Source of the DNA: Rhodosorus marinus CCMP1338
Taxonomy: Eukaryota > Plantae > Rhodophyta
Length of the DNA: 64,000 bases
Assembly: GCA_029953675.1 (NCBI GenBank)
Contig: JAMWBK010000010.1
Span: 1,626,455-1,690,454, forward strand
Reading direction: 5' to 3'
Numbering within the stretch: position 1 is the first letter of the stretch; each line of letters begins with the position of its first letter. Positions 57,035-64,000 of the stretch are shown here, in pieces. Below the pieces are notes generated by a model, which did not search any database, was not told the DNA's origin, and was given only the letters and a program-made list of their open reading frames with translations. A program made the translations under genes and the position numbers.

Positions 57035-58618
57035 TATTGGGCTGGGTTTTCCTGGCTCTCCTGCGTGTCCATCGCGTGATGGTTGCCGTCAAGGGCAACC
57101 TGTGTCCCAGTGGTATCCTGTGGAGTCTCCACGGCTGCCGGAGTCATCTCAGTATCCGGTCCGGTGCCATCGGCGGCTACTCGCGAGCGCTTCTGTTGAG
57201 GTGGCTCCGGAAGGTTGCAGAGGAGCTCCGCATGGGGATTGTCCTCGTGTGCTGCGTTGTCAGGTACTTGGGAAGTCGCACTGGTCTCAACCGGGGCGTC
57301 AACTCTTCCACGGTCTGCCTGTACATCCCCTGGAAGGGACGAGGCTTCAGGGTCTGCGCTCGTGGCGGCGGCAGGCGCTGGGGGTTCCGCGCTCTCCCCG
57401 GGTACCGTTGGAGTACGTTGTGTGGCTTGGAGGGCTCCGAGTCTGCTCTCCAGGTACTCGTGTATCGCTGCGACTGTGTTGAACGGGAGTTGCCTTCTGC
57501 GAAGTCTCGCGCGGATCCGGATAGTCTGTTCAATCGCCCGTTTCAGGGTCTGAGCCCCGATATTCGCTGGGGCAATGAGCTGACGTTCATTATAGCCCAA
57601 CAGGTTGTCTGTATCCAGTGCCTGGCCCGTGTAGAGAGTCACTTGCCGATCGGGGTGTCTCTGGGTGAACGATCCGAAGATGCCCGTCCTGAAAACGCCC
57701 CGAGAGATGGCGCTTTGTAGAATCGGAATCGCGTCCGGATGGCAGAGTAAGCACGCATGGGAAGCGATGAAGTCCACGTGCGCCACATAAGAGCTCGGAA
57801 TCCCCAAGGCTCTGCAAAGGACCGTGGTGAAATCCGATGGGGCTACCTGGTCCATCCGTGGGGGTCTTACATTCCTCAGGGTCGCCAGTACCGGCTTGGT
57901 CTCAGGTCCCCAGGAGGACCCTCCCACAGTGGCGTGCAACTGTCGCAGCGCTGCCTGCTGGCTCTGTGGGTCCGGGCGCCCGGCTGGTCGGAGTTGAGCC
58001 TCTGATTCTCGAGCTGGAGTACTTTGGGCAGTCCTCTGAGCGTACGTTGGCCGTGTGCTGCTGGTACCGGCAACAGGGAAGGCCGTGGCATAGTCCAGTG
58101 AGGCAAGGACACCTGTCCCCTCCGCAAGTTGATTGATGATGGGTTCTGCCGCATGTTGATTGACCGCCGCCGTCCGCGGGTGCTGCTGCTGGGGTTGAGG
58201 CGGGGTCGTAGTGGCTCGTCCGTCTTGCCACATATGCGGTTTTTTGGCGAGCTCATTCAGACGTCCTGTCACTGATTGAAGTTCTTTTGAGCAGTTGATG
58301 CGGGAATAGAGGTTGAAGGCGGCCTGGTAGAAGTCGGCGATGTCCGACTGGCCGATTCCCAGCGCTTGGTAGCACTGGTCGTAGCTGTGCAGCTGGTGGA
58401 GAAAGGCGACAGCTGGGTCTGCTGTGGCCTGCTCCGTTGCAAGGTGTTCCCCTCTCTCCTTCCTGTGCTGCTCCCTTGTGCTGGTGCTGTTACTGCTGCT
58501 GCTGCTGCTGCTCTTGTAGCAGCTCTTTCGCCCTCTCCATTTCGCGGGTACCCGAGGTGTGTGGGCCCGCGATCACAAGAGGCTCGGGGTACGGCCCGCG
58601 TACCTCCTTCACAATCAT
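57034..58618 (-). pseudogene. Family A ORF1 (disrupted near a CAG/polyQ tract at about 58490-58515)
   Basis: MIVKEVRGPYPEP matches MIEKKMLGPYPEP at 36524. The rest is collinear with the split ORF1 at 36524-43620. Confidence 0.8.
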
Positions 58619-58714
58619 ACTTGTAACTTTTTATCACCTTTTTCCGTCGTTTTCCACAAACAAAGCCGTCCAAAACCCCAGACTAACGTAACGCAAACAC
58701 CCGAGTGCCAATTG

Positions 58715-58925
58715 GAATGGAGTATAACCCAGAAGGTTGTCTGGGTCCAGCGCCTGGCCAGTGTAAAGGCTTACTTGTCTATCGGCGTGTCGTTGTGTGA
58801 AGGATCCGAATATCCCAGTCCGGAAAACTCCTCGGGAGTTGGCACTTTGGAGAATCGGAATTGCGTCTGGATGGCACAGCAGGCAGGCATGGGAGGCAAT
58901 AAAGTCCACATGCACCACATAAGAG
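58715..58925 (-). mobile_element. Duplicated internal fragment of family A ORF1
   Basis: SSYVVHVDFIASHACLLCHPDAIPILQS...DNLLGY nearly duplicates 57595-57795. Confidence 0.88.
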
Positions 58926-59055
58926 CTAAAAAAAAAAAAATAAACACTGCAAACCCTATGATTATTTAAATCGATCTGTCTCCTCTCCCTCTCATAGGAC
59001 ACCCACCCCCGGTTGTAAGTATTTTTAGGACAAACCCGGCCGTTGTGGTAGAAGC

Positions 59056-59205
59056 GTCACATGGGTACAAATCTGATTACACATTGTCGGTCGAGCGGAC
59101 AAGAGCATCACAAGGGTACAAATCCGATTACACGTTATCCGTCGAGCAGACAGCAGCATCACATGGCTACAAATCCGACTACACATTGTCCGTCGAGCGG
59201 ACTTG
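59056..59205. repeat. Diverged minisatellite, about 51-bp unit x3
   Basis: TCACA.GG.TACAAATC.GA.TACAC.TT.TC.GTCGAGC.GAC repeated head-to-tail. Confidence 0.9.
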
Positions 59206-59434
59206 TTGTTTGTCCACTACCTAGTCAGTCAGTTAGCAAAGTCAGCTTCTCAGACCAGTTTTTCAGTTGGCCGGAGTCACGACCGGTTCAAGTCGGTCTC
59301 GGTAGACAGTGCCCTTGCATACCGTCAGCTCTTTATGTCGACGCATACTGGCAGCGGCAAAACCACGGCGCTCTCCTGCTGCGGGCAGATAACGACTAGT
59401 CTGGGGATTCGGGACTGCCAGGTCACCGTAGGTG

Positions 59435-59655
59435 GTGCGGCGGCTATCGTCGCAGCTGACTACGGTGACTGACTGACTAGGTCAGTCACTCACCGTGCAC
59501 AACCCCAGGCGTCTATGATACGCCCAGGCAACTATGCTTCTTCCGTTGCCTTGGTTCCCTCACCGCAATGCCCAATCGTTAAGGGCCACTCTCCTGACTG
59601 ACCACGCATTGCTCGTTCACGTCCGGAAGTGCTGGCCACCATATCAAGGGACCAA
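59435..59655 (+). repeat. Structured non-coding repeat D, copy 1
   Basis: Near-identical to 63797-64000, with several hairpins (ACGGTGA/TCACCGT, TGACTGAC/GTCAGTCA, GGCGT/ACGCC, AGGCAAC/GTTGCCT, GCAATGC/GCATTGC). Confidence 0.8.
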
Positions 59656-60051
59656 CCAGAAAACTTCAAAAATACATTTAACTTGGCCCGCGGCCACAAG
59701 AAAACGGAGGATATTATTGGTTCTCCTGCAACCTATATTTAGAAACTTTGCACTCGCATGCAATTGAACTTCGCTACTACCTGAGTTTGTAAAAGAGAAG
59801 AAACAACGATGGTCAATCGATTCGGAGAGAGACTTGCTTACTCTTCTCGTATGCATTGGGACGAAAATATTCCGGAAGATTTTATTGATTCCAACTTACT
59901 GCAGGGTTTTATGGGGCAAATTCCGTTCGACGTTGGCCGCGTGATCCTCAGCACCATATTGGCTGGTGGTAGCAGCGAACTGCTCGATGTGAGGATTAAT
60001 TTTGAGCTTTACTGTCGTCCTTTATGTTTTGAAAACAGTTGCCAATTTAGG

Positions 60052-60389
60052 TGGACTTTACTGGACTGGACTTTACTAGCATAGCCTGAAGCGCTACGCG
60101 AGGCGTGAAGATGAACTAATAACTAGGGAGGGAAGTATGCAACCCCAGGCGCCGATGGCGCGCCTCGGAAAGCATGGCGGTGGACTTTACTAGCATAGCC
60201 TGAAGCGCTACGCACGGCGTGAAGATGAACTAAGAACTAGGGTGGGAAGCATGCAGCCCCAGGGGCAGATGACGCGCCTCGGAAAGCATGTGGCTGGAAT
60301 ATCGCCAAAGGGAGACACTTGAACGCCTCAAGAGCGCCAAGTATTCAGTAGGATGCTCAGCAAAGCATCTCCGCAACCACTCCAAACCC
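60052..60389 (-). mobile_element. Two tandem family B 3'-end fragments
   Basis: Reverse complement of the B 3' end, each copy ending in a GCTAGTAAAGTCCA tail (about 60052-60177 and 60181-60389). Confidence 0.9.
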
Positions 60390-60891
60390 ATGATTTTTCT
60401 TGGGTTATTCCTCTTGCAGAGGCCGCCGGACTCGAAGATTTGGTCTTTATCAGCAAGGCAAAATTTCTGCCCACGTCATCATTGGGGAGAGCTACGAATT
60501 GGAGCTCCGTATTACGATAATTATTTCGCGAACACTCGGTCTCTCACTCATCAGTATTCAGCAAGGTCGTTCGAGAAGTCCTCCTGGAAGAGCTATTCAA
60601 GACCTACAGAATACAGTGCTTAATAATAATCGTAGTCCAGAGGATTCTAATTATCGGCTATTTTCGAGCGGTTCAGATGCTGTTCGATCGTACTAGACGC
60701 TGGTTCATATCCGTATCCAGCGTCATGTAACCGAGCAATGACAATCAGCAGGCATATACAGTGACAAACTATAAAGAGGAACTCCTCGAGGTTGGGAAAT
60801 TTCTAGGAAGACGGTGATGACATGAAAGCTATCAAATAAATATCGAATTCTTTTTATGTTTTACTGCCAGTTTACTGAGGAGCTCAAAACA

Positions 60892-63435
60892 ATGTTGAGG
60901 GGCGTGTTCACATGTGTTGTCTTCTTCGTGCTGGTCGTACGCGCCCAGCAGGATGAAGAATTATCTATTGAACCGGAGGGAGTATGGGAATACGTCTCGG
61001 AGATGAGTGGGGAGAACTGTCCGAACTCGATCATCATCGCTGATCGCCTTACGAGCAATTCTTCTCGTAGCTGGACATTCCCCCATAGAAGCTACCCACT
61101 CAGCTCCTTAAAATTCGGATCCGGTGGTTGTGTCGTCGATGACCCATCGACCTCTGCAGTGTCTATGCTGGATTCCGCGGTCAGCCAAGCAGATGCCAGC
61201 TAAGCAGATGCCATCTGAGCCGATCCGAATTCCGAAACCTCACCTGAACTAAGTACTAAAAGTCGTCTTTTCCCCTCCACACCAGAACGCTGCCGAGGTT
61301 CCCGGATTGATTACTAGCTTGGGGGAGCATCCTTGACGGCCAGTCGGATCCGAACTTCGCGGCGTTAGTCAAAACCGTCATGTCCTTGGAGCGCTCTGCA
61401 ACTTTCATCTTCGACCAGGACGTGACCTGCGCAAAAGAAGGGCTTGCGGCGACGGTGGACCCGGTCTGGCCCCACTCACCCGCGGAGCCGATTTCGAACC
61501 CGATCGGGTTTATCTTCAGAGGTAAGCAAACACCGTGAACTGAACAGCTATCTCGTCACGCGTCTTCTAAGAGCTACTTCGGCTTCTATATTAGGCTCGC
61601 CGGATGTCGAAGGCTTCACTTTCGAAGACGGCGTAAAGTACCTTAGCTACGTCATTCTGGACGCCGAAGGTCTAACTGAGAAGCTTTGTACATATTCTCA
61701 GTGGGCATGGGAGACGCCGCTGCCAGAGCCAATCGATTGGATGAATAAACCGCTCAATATGGAGGATCGGGGCGGCATCTACTACGCAGTAGCAGCTCTC
61801 AGCCCGAAAGGGTCGCTCTGCAACTGGGCCCGTAGCACCGAGTTTGACTATTCCAACACCGTAGTGGATTCTCCGGAGCTGTCCTTTGAATTTCCTTATC
61901 AAAACATCGGCCTGGCTAATAAAGCCAATGCGGGAGTCAAATTTAACTTTGAGAATTGCAAAGTAGAGGATCCGTCCTCTGCCACACTTATTGCAGTGAA
62001 TTCCAAGGTGAGTTCACTCTAGGCAAGCGTGCTTTCGCCTATCCCGGTCCTGACTCCATCTCAATGACTGCGCTCTCCATGACAGGATTCGAGTTCAGTT
62101 CCAGGATTGCCGGAAACCATGAGCAGAATTTGGACGTCTGTAGGTGAAGCGGATGCGAGTTTGCTCCGGGACATCATGGCCCTGGACAGGTCGAACGTTC
62201 TTTACTTCAACCAAGACGTAACTTGCGAGCCAGCGACGAACAATCCCGCATTCAGCGCCGAGGTTCGAAAGAACGGGCCATGGTCGCCTTACCACCAACT
62301 CTCCGACAAGCTCCTTCTGCTCTTTGTTGGTAAGGTTTTGACTAGAAATTATGCTGTTTCGCAGCTTTTTTGCTGCGACTTCTCTGCAACAATGCGTTTC
62401 TCTCTCGAAGCTCTGGTACCCTGTTTTCTGAACATCTGTTCTCTGCTTGTCACAGCTGATGAATCTTTGCCAGAATACAACGGTTTCTTGTGGGAGATTG
62501 GGATGAAGTATATTATCTACATAGAACTTGACGAGAGTGGATTCGTGAGGAGTATCTGCCCACAATACAAGTGGGGAGGATGGACGACTCCAGTTCCAAC
62601 CCCAACGCCGACTCCGGAGCCGACGCCGATCCCCCACGAGAAGTTGTCGATCAGCCCCGTAGGTGTCTGGAAAAAGTTGGAGGATATCTCCTTCCCCCCG
62701 GCGTTGTGTCCGGATCACGTCGCCCTCAACTCGGAGACTTCAAGTCTGCCGAACAGAGACTGGGGATTCGGCTACCATAACTACCCTCTCACATCGTTGA
62801 AATTCAAGGATTTCACTTGCGAAGGCGAGAATGATTTTCTCGGAGCGCTTACCTTCTTCGACTCAAAGGTGAGAGAGAAAATTTGTTTGTACTATGACAT
62901 AGAAGAAGCTACTCACGAACCCATCCAACCTTTGAACTACTTCGACTACAGAACGCACAGTATGTTGAGGGTCTGAAAGAATCGATCGAGTTTCTGGAGG
63001 GGCAGAGCAACGTCTCCGAGCTGATTCCCAGCGTAGTAGCTCTGAAGAGATCCGCGATCTTCATGGCCGCTCAGAACTTCACATGCATAGGAGGTCAAGC
63101 AGACTATGATCTTGGCTTCCAGGTGAACAACGAAGGTCCATACTCACCGAAACATGAGCTCTCGGACGTCGTTGGGTTTGTCTTCAGAGGTACGTCAACC
63201 TCGCTTCGATCTCTATTTATTTGTCTACCAAAATAGATATCTGATCAATTTCTCCTAATGCTCTGCAGCTGAGGAAGGGATGGCAAACGGCCACGGCTAC
63301 CAGTTCACTCCCGGTGTCGACTACTTGGCCTTCGGCATGATGGACCCTGCAACCGGAAGTGCGACACTGTTCTGTGGCTATGAGATCGACGAGAGACTAC
63401 CGACGCCTACTCCAACAGTCGCTCCGAAATTGTGA
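60892..63435 (+). CDS. Secreted protein of three tandem homologous domains joined by Pro/Thr linkers; multi-exon, with one apparent +1 frameshift in a G run near 61320
   Basis: Signal peptide MLRGVFTCVVFFVLVVRA. Recurring motifs include YPL.SLKF..C, ALxRS..F..Q..TC and KY/DYL...C followed by PTPTP. GT-AG introns sit at equivalent positions in each repeat. Confidence 0.65.
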
Positions 63436-63563
63436 GAAGAATCCGTGTCTGAATATGAAAGAGTTCAAGGCTAGACAGGAGGGATTGCGACATCTCCTTT
63501 GCGCAGGACTTATGTCGCACGTTCTACGTTACGGGTTACGTTAGTCTGGGGTTCCCGAATATC

Positions 63564-63780
63564 TATCATGTAATATAGTCCAGCTTGAGTTCTCCGCTTT
63601 CATTCCGTATCGCTTCCGCGTAGTGTGCCACCTTGCTATATTCCGCTTTCTTCGCCACATACCCACTCTTCCAGCTGCTCTCCCGCAACAGATGAAGTTG
63701 CAGTGGTGTCGTTACCATCACTTCCAACAGGTAAACATGCCCACTCGTTGGATGCCGTCCCACAATGTCAGGCCGGATCT
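63564..63780 (-). mobile_element. Internal REL-domain fragment of a family A-type element flanked by 9-bp direct repeats
   Basis: GRHPTSGHVYLLEVMVTTPLQ...KAEYSKVAHY, with CCGAATATC at 63555-63563 and 63781-63789. Confidence 0.75.
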
Positions 63781-63796
63781 CCGAATATCGGAAGAA

Positions 63797-64000
63797 GTGC
63801 GGCGGCTATCGTCGCAGCTGACTACTAGGTCAGTCACTCACCGTGCACAACCCCAGGCGTCTATGATACGCCCAGGCAACTATGCTTCTTCCGTTGCCTT
63901 GGTTCCCTCACCGCAATGCCTAATCGTTAAGGGCTCCTGGCTGACCACCCGTTGCTCGTTCACGTCCGGAAGTGCTGGCCACCATATCAAGGGACCGACC
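63797..64000 (+). repeat. Structured non-coding repeat D, copy 2 (reaches the window end)
   Basis: Matches 59435-59655 with a deletion in the 5' arm of the long hairpin. Confidence 0.8.

Larger units (their letters stand above)
53840..58692 (-). mobile_element. Near full-length family A two-ORF REL non-LTR retrotransposon
   Basis: Motif at 58676-58692, short 5' UTR, ORF1 from about 58618 to 57034, ORF2 from 57034 to 53945, and a 3' UTR ending in GTTTACGGTTAC-type repeats. Confidence 0.92.

Noticed and set aside
59056-59205. About 51-bp repeats as a CRISPR-like repeat-spacer array
   Set aside because: Whole units are similar along their length, so this is a diverged minisatellite.
59570-59640. 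Pistol-like (TTAAGGGCCAC) or CPEB3/HDV-like (TTCACGT) ribozyme in repeat D
   Set aside because: The required P1/P3 pairings and pseudoknot partners could not be formed on either strand.
61179-61286. Premature stops making the 60.9-63.4 kb gene a pseudogene
   Set aside because: The stops fall in a plausible GT-AG intron at a position matching introns in the other two repeats.

Overview
This is eukaryotic nuclear DNA, most likely from a red alga. That is an inference from an Lhcr-type antenna gene with an F-containing transit peptide and no signal peptide, plus short GT-AG introns. A gene-rich block (about 7-34 kb) encodes a TMEM35/DoxX-like protein, a PncC/CinA-like plus HIGH nucleotidyltransferase, COA6-like, COX4-like and PCF11-like proteins, a divergent Sey1/RHD3-like protein, an NDUFB2-like subunit, Lhcr, an A20/AN1 zinc finger and an HCF107-like protein. 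It is flanked by nested retroelement clusters (1-5.8 kb, 28-31 kb, 35-64 kb). These hold chromodomain Ty3/gypsy elements, including one complete copy with LTRs, PBS, PPT and a 5-bp TSD. They also hold at least three families (here A, B, C) of RT plus restriction-like-endonuclease (REL) non-LTR elements resembling the CRE/SLACS/MoTeR group. The most notable system is family A/B. These are two-ORF REL elements with a shared, unrecognised ORF1 domain, HDD catalytic motifs, family-specific reiterated 3' tails and a UAAUG stop-start junction in A. A 17-nt motif (GTTACGTTAGTCTGGGG) marks A termini, precedes a structured repeat, and also occurs alone, once as an 18-nt insertion with a 13-bp TSD. All family assignments come from motif recognition by eye, not database searches. 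Several frameshifts lie in homopolymers and may be sequencing errors.
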